Assembly (NCBI RefSeq): GCF_001194135.2
Contig: NC_068989.1
Coordinates: forward strand, 73,915,537 to 73,979,536
Reading direction: 5' to 3'
Source of the DNA: Octopus bimaculoides
Taxonomy: Eukaryota
Length of the DNA stretch: 64,000 nt
Shown here: piece after piece, positions 1 through 10,489 of the stretch
Numbering within the stretch: the first letter of the stretch is position 1
How the letters are laid out: the number at the start of each line of letters is the position of its first letter
Made by a program: the position numbers and the translations under genes
Notes under the pieces: generated by a model
What the model saw: only the letters and a program-made list of their open reading frames with translations
Database searches by the model: none
Told to the model about the DNA's origin: nothing

Positions 1-78
1 ATATGTATGTGTGTGTGTGTGCGCGCGTATCTATGCATATATGTATGTGTGTGTAATCATATATATATATATGCATAT

Positions 79-127
<49 letters not shown>

Positions 128-878
128 NNNNNNNNNNNNNNNNNNNNNNNNNNNNNNNNNNNNNNNNNNNNNNNNNNNNNNNNNNNNNNNNNNNNNNNNN
201 NNNNNNNNNNNNNNNNNNNNNNNNNNNNNNNNNNNNNNNNNNNNNNNNNNNNNNNNNNNNNNNNNNNNNNNNNNNNNNNNNNNNNNNNNNNNNNNNNNNN
301 NNNNNNNNNNNNNNNNNNNNNNNNNNNNNNNNNNNNNNNNNNNNNNNNNNNNNNNNNNNNNNNNNNNNNNNNNNNNNNNNNNNNNNNNNNNNNNNNNNNN
401 NNNNNNNNNNNNNNNNNNNNNNNNNNNNNNNNNNNNNNNNNNNNNNNNNNNNNNNNNNNNNNNNNNNNNNNNNNNNNNNNNNNNNNNNNNNNNNNNNNNN
501 NNNNNNNNNNNNNNNNNNNNNNNNNNNNNNNNNNNNNNNNNNNNNNNNNNNNNNNNNNNNNNNNNNNNNNNNNNNNNNNNNNNNNNNNNNNNNNNNNNNN
601 NNNNNNNNNNNNNNNNNNNNNNNNNNNNNNNNNNNNNNNNNNNNNNNNNNNNNNNNNNNNNNNNNNNNNNNNNNNNNNNNNNNNNNNNNNNNNNNNNNNN
701 NNNNNNNNNNNNNNNNNNNNNNNNNNNNNNNNNNNNNNNNNNNNNNNNNNNNNNNNNNNNNNNNNNNNNNNNNNNNNNNNNNNNNNNNNNNNNNNNNNNN
801 NNNNNNNNNNNNNNNNNNNNNNNNNNNNNNNNNNNNNNNNNNNNNNNNNNNNNNNNNNNNNNNNNNNNNNNNNNNNNN
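128..878. other. Assembly gap (first of 12)
   Basis: N run. Other gaps: 10779-11489, 21590-22194, 28988-29088, 35081-35717, 36239-36248, 38187-38485, 39402-39411, 39600-40423, 52811-53570, 54129-54308, 60391-60693. Most abut simple repeats. Confidence 0.98.
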
Positions 879-903
879 TATATATATGTGTGTGTGTGTG
901 TGT

Positions 904-941
<38 letters not shown>

Positions 942-2398
942 ACGTATGTATGGATATATATACATATATAAATACACACAGAGACACACATACATACATA
1001 CATACATGCATAAATACATAATGTATACACACACACGCAAACACACACACACACTCACTCACACACAAACACACACACACAAACACACGCACGCACACAC
1101 ACACACGCACATACTCACACACACACACACATATAATATATACACGTTTGTATATATTATATAAATCTGCCAAAGTACACGCTTGCTAGTGAATGGTTGC
1201 CACTGATGTCGTGCAAACATCGCGAAATGCGGATTTAACAACTCTACCGCCCCTAAATCTGATATTCTCCCGTGCATTTTATGCATAGTAATAAGACTAA
1301 CATTCATAATTTTATTGAATTAGGTGTATATTTTGTCATGAGAGAAAAATCTTGCTATCGTTCTATTTTTTTCAAGGTATGCACTGCCAACATTGCCTAC
1401 ATAGGCGGCACGTCCCTGATATATACGCACACGTACACACACGTATGCTTGTGTGTTATGTCTATGGAATACTTGGTCACATTATCACTTTATCCTATAA
1501 TTCAGATGGTGTCTGTAAAGCTGTTAGTTACACCAATTAATTCATCGTCGAAACCGAAGCGGGAAGTCCAGTCCATCGCAACAAATAAATCGTAGAAGTT
1601 AAGACTCTCCGCTTTCATTTTGTTGAAAACATAAAACAATTAATGGCAGACAAGCTTGCTGGAAAGAAAATTACAAAGCAAAACAAAACAAAAAGAAAAT
1701 GAATAACAAAAGAAAAGGAAAGAATCACAAACAGGAAGAAATAAATAAAACTACAGCAAGGTCATTGATGTGCCAAATTGATATATCAGCTAGCAATCAA
1801 CAAATTGGAGGTTTTGCGACCTATGTGTTGGTTTCTCATGGCGTGCTCTTTAATCTTATAACGCTTCGGTCCGACATAATCGATGTTATATATTAAATAG
1901 GTTTCTTTTCCGTCTCCACCTCCGCCACCGTCGATGTCTCCATCCTCGTCTCCGACTCTGCCTTTGTCGTCTTCACCACTTTACGCATCTTCGTGTGAAG
2001 TAAAATTGTCTAGATTATAATAGCCAGGAAGAAAGTTGCTGGAAAGCGACGAAAACGGCGGCGGCAGCGGTGGTGGCGATTGTAGACGTTTAATAATGAC
2101 TATAATTAAAATGGTCAAAACAAATACCAATAATATACTGCTTTTGATGTGGCGCTAAAGTTAAGGTTTCTATTTGTCTCATTTTATCATTTCGTTTAAG
2201 AAGTTTTCTTTTCTGTTGGGAAGAGGGTAAAGGAATAAACACAAGGAATTATGATCAGAATTTATACAGCTGTATATTCTAAGGAATCATATTATATATA
2301 TATATATATATGTTTGTGTATGTGTGAGTGTGTATATACACGTATATATACATATATGTTTATCAATGTGGTATATATATCTAGACATATTTGTCTGC

Positions 2399-2399
2399 G

Positions 2400-2469
<70 letters not shown>

Positions 2470-2628
2470 AATGCATACATTGAGAAAGAGATAGCTACAG
2501 AGATGAATAGATAGATGGATATCTAGGTATTTGTCTGTGTACGCGCATGTGTGTATATGGATAGGTAGATAGATAGATAGATAAATCGATCGATCGATCG
2601 ATAGATAGATAGATAGATCGATAGATAG

Positions 2629-2688
<60 letters not shown>
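2399..2688. repeat. (TCTA)n tract followed by (TAGA)n tract in opposite orientation
   Basis: (tatc)n ~2399-2468 and (gata)n ~2565-2688, read directly. Confidence 0.9.
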
Positions 2689-2689
<1 letters not shown>

Positions 2690-4424
2690 TCGCTATGCTC
2701 ACTTGCAGGTTCTTCCGCGAGAGGAAGATAAAGCTGAGGGTGATAATATTCCATGGAGAAAATGAAATAATCCTTCTACTATAGATGCAACAGAAATGGA
2801 TTAACAGCTGCGAGACTAAGGACGACACTCAATCCTTATACTTTGTTGAAACGCCGAATAGATTTGTCCGTGATATTTGGTCATGCTTCCCTAGATGAGC
2901 CGAGGCTGTTGTTGCTTTCATTGCTCTGAGATCAATAAAATATAATATCAGAAATGTACTAAAATATGAGATTGATGAAAAAGATGGGATTAATCTTAAA
3001 AATCAAGATAAGCCTTTCAGTGTAAACTGCTTGTGGTTCAAATCCCTCTCGGACAACTACTTGGTATCTTCCTGGTGTCTTCAACATAACTACCCTTAAT
3101 ATATAAGGATCAGATCTATCTAATATCTCAGTTTTAGTCTAACGATACTGTATTTAGTGTTCTATTTTACTCGGTACATATGTTCAATGTTCAAATTTTG
3201 TTGACATCGACTTCACGGTTCAGTTATTCATGGCGGATGATATAAGTAGCGGACATGTTTAGCATATAATAAATTAACCAACTGTAGATATAATTGGAGT
3301 TTGGCGTCCCCCCATCCACGATTTTGTTTCATAATTATTTTAAAACAATGCTTTTATGTTGATGAAATTTTGCAGAGATACGTTTTCGAAGGTTTTGATG
3401 ATGATTATATTAATGGATTATAAAATATACTTTATTGGATATTCTTAAACCAAGAGAAACAGAGGTAATCACCTTTTGATCCATTCAAGCATTAAAAATA
3501 TTTCTGATATCATAATAAATATTATTCATTCAGCATGGCTGAAACATATAAAAGAATAAGAGTGACTAGAAACTGGAGACTCTCTATTTGTAATGAAGCA
3601 AAAAAAGTATGAACTGGAAAATTCTTTTATCACATTCCCCGATTTCATGTTGAAGGTGAATACAGTTATATCGTCTTATGTCAGATAATATCATATAACG
3701 TGCAATGACCCTGCATATGTTATTCAATTGCATTAAAAAGTTGTGAAAATCTTTCTATTGTTTTTAGTAAAAACAATAGAAAAAATATATTTATTTCATC
3801 AGCTTATTCTTACCGACACTTTTAAGAATACAACTTTGCGAAATTGCTTTGAAAATAATCATAATTAAGAAAGTTATGAAGAAGCAAAATCGGCAAGTGG
3901 ACACCAAACTCAAGTTACACCTATCCACATATTAATTTCCTTGTGCCAGTTTGAGAAAGCAATAATTACACAGAATGCAAATATAAACACAGGAACATTG
4001 TGCTTCAAGCTGTTCCTTTATAATATTTTTGATTAGCTTCTGCAGATATTATTTAAATTTAATTGCAAGAATATTTGTTAAGAAGGTACTACTAGAAGAA
4101 ATCTTTCTAATTTAGGTAATGGCATGATGACTGGACGGCATTGATAAACATCACATTCTAGTCAAGTTAATTTCGTAATAATCATGGACTAGGCAATCAA
4201 TATAGAATTCTTATACGAAATTAAGAATCAACCCACCTGGTTTCTCTATTGACGCTGCTGCCGATGATTTCAATGAATGTTTAATGATATTTATGACGTC
4301 ATAAACAGAACGCCATTGACAGGAGAGAGCAAACTGGTGAGATATTTCCGCATGCCAGTTTGACTTCATGTTAAAAGCAATTCACTTCACTTATATCAAT
4401 AATGGTTTCTGATTTAGATATAAT

Positions 4425-4570
4425 GCCAGAGATTTTGAGGAGAGAGGATCAATCGATCACATTGACTTCAGTATTTGACTGGTACTTATACTATCGATTC
4501 TAAAATTATGAAAGGCAGAGTTAACCTTGGTGGGGTTTGAACACAGAACTTAAAGACCAGGGACAAATGT
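4425..4570 (-). mobile_element. Degenerate SINE family M
   Basis: Reverse complement of the family M core: ctggtacttatactatcgattctaaaattatgaaaggcagagttaacctt...tttgaacacagaac. Confidence 0.55.
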
Positions 4571-4619
4571 CATTGAATAGGTATCTTCGTTTCTTTTATG
4601 ATTTATGTTTTTACATTTT

Positions 4620-4945
4620 TACTTGTTTCACTAGACTGCGGCCATGGGGTTTATTCGAACAAATGTACACCATTCCTTATTCCGACGGTCTCTGAAACCG
4701 AACTGCTACGGCGGGAGGTGGAAGACGAACACAAACATAAAGACACACTCATACATATAAATACTATATTCATATATATACATATATACAACGGGTTTTC
4801 AGATGGTTTCCGGCTACCAAATTTTCTCACAAGATATTCGTTGACCCTGGGCTATAGTTGAAGATACTGGCCATAGGTGGCGAGCAGTGGGATGGAACCC
4901 GAAATTACGTGAGTGCAAAAGCAAGCTTCTTAAGCATATAACAAC
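4620..4945 (-). mobile_element. Degenerate SINE family D
   Basis: acttgtttc...gactgcggccatg tail, internal microsatellite, ttccggctaccaaatt core and agcaagcttcttaa head; collinear with 7129-7572 on the opposite strand. Confidence 0.6.
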
Positions 4946-5074
4946 GCTTTCGTGGAATGAGGAAATTTGTGATGGTTTGATTTCAGTGAAAAATTCTGAT
5001 TTGATAACATTGCAAAAGAGAGAGAGAGAGACTGGGGGGGGGGGGGAGATGGAAAATACAAGAAATTAAATTTT

Positions 5075-5300
5075 TTAAGTTCCAAAGGTTGTTTTTCTCC
5101 GAAAAAATATTCGTGATTTTTGTAACTGCCATGTACGACTGTTAAGAAATTCTCAATAAACCGTTCAAAAGACTGCAAAACAAGGTCTCTATTCAAAGAT
5201 GTGTTCTTTTTTTCTATGACGTCTACAATTCGTTTCAAGAAGCACGAACGCCGAAGAACGTACGCTTTTAATAAAAGAATCGCTGACATTGAAGATATAT
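5075..5300 (-). mobile_element. Possible decayed Tc1/mariner-superfamily transposase C-terminus
   Basis: Minus frame LLKAYVLRRS...VIEKKNTSLNRDLVLQSFERFIENFLTVVHGSYKNHEYFF loosely resembles the WGYLK..VY..../NIR.AI..I...ML.RV.ENF tail of this superfamily. By-eye match only. Confidence 0.3.
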
Positions 5301-6280
5301 ACAAACTGTTGTAGTATAAGCTAGATAGATATTTAACACTTAGGTGTCGGAAATTATATCGTTTATCTTTTAGTTGTTTCAGTTATCGGTCCGCGGACAT
5401 ACTGGGGCACCGCCTTGAAGAATTTTAGTCAAACGAATCGGTCACAGAGCTTATATGATTGAAACAAAAAGAAAAAACAGAAAATCCCTTTTGTATTGGA
5501 GGTAGAAATAAAAATGCCTTCTCATCCAAGACCATGACCTGTAGTTCAATAGAAAGCATAATTACACCGGTTACATTACCAATACCGTGTTGTCACTTAA
5601 TGTTAATAACAACAACAGTAGTAGTAGTGGTGGTGGTGGTGGTGGTGGTGGTGAGGATGATGGATGCTGATGATTAGTTTTTCATCAATACACAAGGATA
5701 GTTTGAAGGAGATAGTTGAAGGAGATAGTTTTGCAATGTGTGACACAAAACGAAGTGCTCCGAGTAGCGAATTGTGCGATTTGGTTATCCCCAACAAGGA
5801 TCATCTCTTGAGCGGAGACATCGACAGACAGTATCAGCTGAGATGGAAGACATCACTCATATAATAAGTAGAAAAATTCAAACAACGGAACAGTTCGTAT
5901 CTTTTATGTCGATACAAGATAATATGTTGACAAGATACGAAATAATCCGAGGAAAGATAAACAAACATGTACATCGGCATTTTGTATTAATGCAACTATT
6001 TCTAGACACCCTTGCGAACAGCAACAGGGTAGCGGTTATAGAAAATATCATTGAGTGAATGAAGACAACAACGGTTCCGCTTTGGTATTTTGCTTCAACT
6101 TTACTTGTATCATCTCTGGAAATATAACATCGAACTATTTAATTTTCTTCATTCGAATTAGAATATTATTTGTGATCTGCATCAGTAAAATGCATATAAT
6201 AAGGTCTACAATTTAGGAAAATTTCGTATATCGCGGTGAGGCTACAGTATTGACGTTTAAAGCGAAGTTGTCTTCCAGGT

Positions 6281-6665
6281 TGTTGGCACTCCGTCGCTTA
6301 CGACGTCGAGGGCTCCAATTGATCCGTTCAACGGAACAGCCTGCTCGTGAAACTAACGTGCAAGTGGCTGAGCACTCCACAGACACGTGTACCCTTAACG
6401 TAGTTCTCGGGGATATTCAGCGTGACACAGAGTGTGACAAGGCTGACCCTTTGAATTACTGGCACAACAGAAACAGGAAGTAACAGTGAGAGAAAGTTGT
6501 GGTGGAAGAGTACAGCAGGGTTCGCCACCATCCCCTGCCGGAACCTCGTGGAGCTTTAGGTGTTTGCGCTCAATAAACACTCACAATGCCCTGTCTGAGA
6601 ATCGAAACCGCGATCCTATGACTGCGAGTCCGCTGCCCTAACCACTGGGCCATTGCGCCTCCACC
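6281..6665 (-). mobile_element. Full-length tRNA-derived SINE family A with 11-bp TSD
   Basis: Minus-strand head ggtggaggcgcaatggcccagtggttag (A box) and ggtttcgattc (B box). TSD gtcttccaggt at 6270-6280 and 6666-6676. Near-identical copies at 15845, 20437 and 57589. Confidence 0.9.
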
Positions 6666-7128
6666 GTCTTCCAGGTAAAGAAATTTGAAAAAAAAACACA
6701 AAAAAAAAAAATGGATCGCATTGAGGAAAAGAGGCTTCAAGAACGGACAAAAGAAAAAATTTTTAGTAATTAATCTTCTCTGCAGTATTCTTTTTTTTCT
6801 TATGTTGAGACATAATTAGAGAAAACATTTGTGTGAAAACTTATTTAGGAGAACGAATGGAAGAAATACATTAGTATTCATTGGAAGCAAATGTCTTTTC
6901 TACTGTTGTTTCTGTTTAAGGTGATCAAGAGAGTACCAACCATTGTTTTGTTTTTCACTCTGGATTATATTAGGAAATATGGCACAGGTTCAATAATTAT
7001 GATTTAACTTTTGTGAAATAGCCTGATGCTTATACACAATAATGAAATGAATATTAATTTTCGATCGAAAAGTATTTATTACCTTAAAATTTAATCAAAT
7101 AGGAAATTTTCTCATTTCAGCATTATTA

Positions 7129-7295
7129 TAGGTGTAGGATTGGCTGTGTGGTAAGTAGCTCGCTTATCAACCACATTGTTCCGGGTTCAGTCCCACTGCG
7201 TGGCACCTTGGGCAAGTGTCTTCTACTATAGCCTCGGGCCGACCAAATCTCTGTGAGTGAATTTGGTAGACGGAAACTGAAAGAAGCCAGTCGTA

Positions 7296-7351
<56 letters not shown>

Positions 7352-7572
7352 TGTGTATATGTTGTGTATCTGTGTTTGTCCCCACAACATCACTTGACAA
7401 CCGATGCTGGTGTGTTTAGGTCCCCGTAACTTAGCGGTTCGGCATAAGAGACCGATACAATAAGTACTAGGCTTACAAAGAATAAGTCCTGGGGTCGATT
7501 TGATTCGACTACAGGCGGTGCTCCAGCATGGCTGCAGTCAAATGACTGAAACAAGTAAAAGAATAAAAGAAT
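7129..7572 (+). mobile_element. Full-length SINE family D (tRNA head, CORE-like segment, central (TA)n microsatellite, 3' module)
   Basis: tggctgtgtggtaag A box, gggttcagtccc B box, gcaccttgggcaagtgtcttctactatagc core, ggcggtgctccagcatggctgcagtcaaatgactgaaacaagtaaaagaata tail. Confidence 0.9.
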
Positions 7573-7891
7573 AAGCAATAAATATGTTATCTTTCGCAGT
7601 TTTGTTGTCATAATAACAATCTGCTCTATTTCAAACACATGACTGCAATATTTCATTAAGAAAAGTGCAGTTTGCTAAAAGTTATCATTGCCTGCTCCCA
7701 AGCCTCATACATGCACCCATTCCGCACTTCTTATGTTAACTCCTTCACTATATCTCTTCTACCGTCTGAACCCCCTCTCTCAATATGATGTGAAACGTGT
7801 TTGAAGAAAGCAACCAATCTACCGACTAGCCGACCAGCCAGCATTTCTATTAGTTATTATCAAATGATTAATAGCGACAAAACAGTATTAA

Positions 7892-8113
7892 GGAGGTTGT
7901 GTTAGAACACAGAATACTGTGTTATTTACTCAGAGAATGTCACAAGAACGCGTGATGCATAAAAGCACTCGTGATCTGGCAGTTCCGGCAGCCGTAGCTG
8001 ACGATTCTTATCTGTCAACGATATAATGATGGATGCTTTTATGTACCATGAATCCTTATGAGAGATTCTCTCAAGTTAAATCACGCAGTATTGTGTGTTC
8101 TAACACAATCTCC
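7892..8113. mobile_element. MITE with ~50-bp imperfect TIRs and TTAA flanks (Kolobok- or piggyBac-like)
   Basis: Left ggaggttgtgttagaacacagaatactgtgt versus reverse complement of right end ggagattgtgttagaacacacaatactgcgt. TTAA at 7888-7891 and 8117-8120. Confidence 0.6.
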
Positions 8114-9160
8114 GCGTTAAGTTGGCGATCAAAATTACCTTTCGGCTATTATTATATAGGGAGATTTATATCTTGCTGGTCATGTGCTCGGCAAATTCAA
8201 ATGGATGAGGCTTCTGTTGCAATGAAATTAATATCGATGTTTAGAAGTTGTTCATGGTGTTTAACCTCAGGCAATATGACATGCGTAAAGCAGCTAACTG
8301 TATATTTTCGTTGCTACTATAAAAAAAGGCAACAAAACTAAACAAAGAAAGATAGAAGTAAAAAGGCAATCAACATCTGCCAGAAATGTAAAATTTCTAT
8401 CAAAGTTACTTCAATGGAAGTTATCTCCAACGTTTATTTCCTCTTCTTCAACTTACCCCGTACAATGCATCATCTTAATTGAAATATTTCCTGATAAGGA
8501 AACTCGATTATTTATGGTAAATAACGAACGTGATCTCCCGTATACACACGAGAAATATTTCGATTATTTTCGATAAATATAGCTATAAAATCAAGGGGGA
8601 CATTTGGTTACTATATATATATCCAGTACTTATACGTTGCATCTCTGAAATATGTACAAATTGAAATGCAAAACAACAAAGAAAAAACAGAAATCTTGGA
8701 TTGGCTCTATTGCCAAATATAGCATGGTAAAAGAGAAGAGCAATCTTCTGAAATATTCACAATAGATATATACAGAAACCCTTGATTACTTGTCAAAAAT
8801 ATAACATACCGTTTCCCTAAGATTTTCGTCTTCTAACAAAAGATTCCAGTCTGATAAATATAGAAAGAATTCTATCCTCGAATCTTTCCCTGTTTTCGAA
8901 TGTATAGAGCGCAGATTAATTTGCGTGAATGTTATAAAACAGATGTTAACTGTAAAACAAATTAGATTTGAAAGAAACTATTCTTAAATTATTAATACTT
9001 ATTGCCAAACTAACGTGGCCGTCCAGAGAAATAGGTCGAATGCTGCTATTGATTAGCTCCGAGAAGCGATCGGCTCTAGCTAGCTACATGACGTACAAAT
9101 CTGCGTCAAAAATCCCCTTCGAACAGGAGAGGTCTTCAACTTCCTCTTGCTGGTTTGGCA

Positions 9161-9203
9161 TCCATAGACTGATTTCGGGGTAATTTCTCCTTATCAATCT
9201 GGA
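9161..9203 (-). ncRNA. Minimal type I hammerhead ribozyme, degenerate copy 1
   Basis: Minus strand UCCAGA-UUGAUAA-GGAGAAAUUACCCC-GAAA-UCAGUC-UAUGGA. Core intact, stem III palindrome broken, one stem I mismatch. Confidence 0.55.
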
Positions 9204-9432
9204 ACAGCCGAGTCCAGCAACGGTTGCTGTTGACCTCTGTTCTAACGTTTTATTTATATATATTCGGTGAAACACATTCACTGATTTTCGAAAATAGAAA
9301 TGTTATAATTTCTAAATCTTTCTAAAGGTGCAATATTAATATGTATTGCCAAACTAAGGTGGCACTCCAGCTTTGTGCGTCCATAAACCTTCGAACAGAG
9401 GAGGTCACCAGCTTCCCCTTGCTGGCTTGGTA

Positions 9433-9475
9433 TCCACAGACCGGTTTCAGGGTAGTTGCTCCTTATCAATGTGGA
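9433..9475 (-). ncRNA. Minimal type I hammerhead ribozyme, best-preserved copy 2 (U3-A8 variant)
   Basis: Minus strand UCCACA-UUGAUAA-GGAGCAACUACCCU-GAAA-CCGGUC-UGUGGA. Perfect 6-bp stem I, GAAA, GUC cleavage triplet, palindromic ACCGGU stem III. Confidence 0.75.
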
Positions 9476-9534
9476 GTAGCTGAATCCAGCAGGGGTCACT
9501 GTTAACTTCTGTTCGAAGAGCTGGACTCTGCTGC

Positions 9535-9577
9535 TCCACATTGATAAGAGGCAACTACCCCGAAACCGGCCAGTGGA
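9535..9577 (+). ncRNA. Minimal type I hammerhead ribozyme, inverted copy 3 (U16.1 mutated)
   Basis: Plus strand UCCACA-UUGAUAA-GAGGCAACUACCCC-GAAA-CCGGCC-AGUGGA. GUC changed to GCC, so probably inactive. Confidence 0.55.
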
Positions 9578-9876
9578 TGCCAAGACAGCAAGGGAAAGTT
9601 GATGACCTCCACTGTTCGAAGGTTTATGGACGCATAAATCTGCGTCATATAGCTAGCTAGAGGCGATCGCCTCTCGGATAATGTCAGAAAGTAAGGAGTG
9701 AGTATGAAGGTCCTGATGAACGATGAATAAAACCATTTATATTTTGCTTTGCTTTTTTGTTTTGTCTGGGTTTTTTTTTGTTTAGTTTTCTCGTTTTTTT
9801 GTCAAACTGATTATATATTTTTACCACTAAAATCGTAAGAAATATCTGTGGACCTTATACCATACCGTACAATGCA

Positions 9877-10310
9877 ACTTAACGATTCGGCAAAAGAGAC
9901 CGATAGAATAAGTACTAAGCTTACAAAGAATAAGTCCTGGGGTCGATTTGCTCGACTAAAGGCGGTGCTCCAGCATGGCCGCAGTCAAATGAGTGAAACA
10001 AGTAAAAGAATATAAGAATATATGCGAGCGTGTATGCATGAGTGTGTGTGTCTCTCTGTCTTCGTGTCTGTGTTTGTCCCCACTACCGCTTGACAACCAG
10101 TGTTGATGTGTTTACGGCCCAGAGCTTCGCGGTTCGGCAAAAGAGACTGATAGAATAAGTACCGGACTGGGAAAAATAAAAATAAAAATAAAAGAAGCAG
10201 AAAAGGAAAGAAAAGAAGTACTAGGATGGATTCATTCGACTAAAGACACTTCAAGGCGGTGCCCCTACATGGCCGCAGTCTAATGACTGAAACAAGTAAG
10301 AGACAAAAGA
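9877..10310 (+). mobile_element. Two tandem 3' halves of SINE family D
   Basis: ttcggcaaaagagaccgatagaataagtac...aggcggtgctccagcatggccgcagtc occurs twice (~9877-10015 and ~10060-10310). Confidence 0.75.
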
Positions 10311-10489
10311 CAAAAGATTGGTCATTTCATCATTCAACTATTTTTAGATCTACTTAATGAAGGAACAAAGAAACGAACAAAGGACGGAATAAGCAAACCA
10401 ACGAAGGAACGAGCGAACGTGCGAATAAAGGAATAAATGAATGGATGAATGAGCGTATGAACACTAACCAACAGTAGCTTAAGCTTTCT

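Larger units (their letters stand above)
9000..9680. mobile_element. Cluster of three hammerhead-bearing repeat units (Penelope pseudo-LTR / retrozyme-like): two tandem, one inverted
   Basis: Units at ~9000-9245 and ~9343-9519 both start tattgccaaactaa(c/g)gtggc. 9520-9634 is an inverted copy of 9376-9490 (101/115 identity by hand alignment). Confidence 0.7.

Noticed and set aside
7-1173. Long ORFs in the track that span N-gaps or microsatellites (also at 10.6, 21.4, 35.0, 39.5, 52.7 and 60.1 kb)
   Set aside because: Open only because Ns and dinucleotide repeats contain no stop codons.
2703-2780. Candidate small exon (minus-strand ctatag acceptor and caa/gtgagc donor; DYFIFSMEYYHPQLYLPLAEEPA in one frame)
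   Set aside because: Plausible splice signals but no recognisable protein and no partner exons; needs RNA-seq.
5774-6058. 94-aa ORF with faint Tc1-like flavour
   Set aside because: Similarity too weak to call by eye.
6560-6665. tRNA gene calls at SINE heads (also 7129, 55070, 60704, 62241)
   Set aside because: A and B boxes are present but they continue into SINE bodies with TSDs; these are tRNA-derived heads, not tRNA genes.
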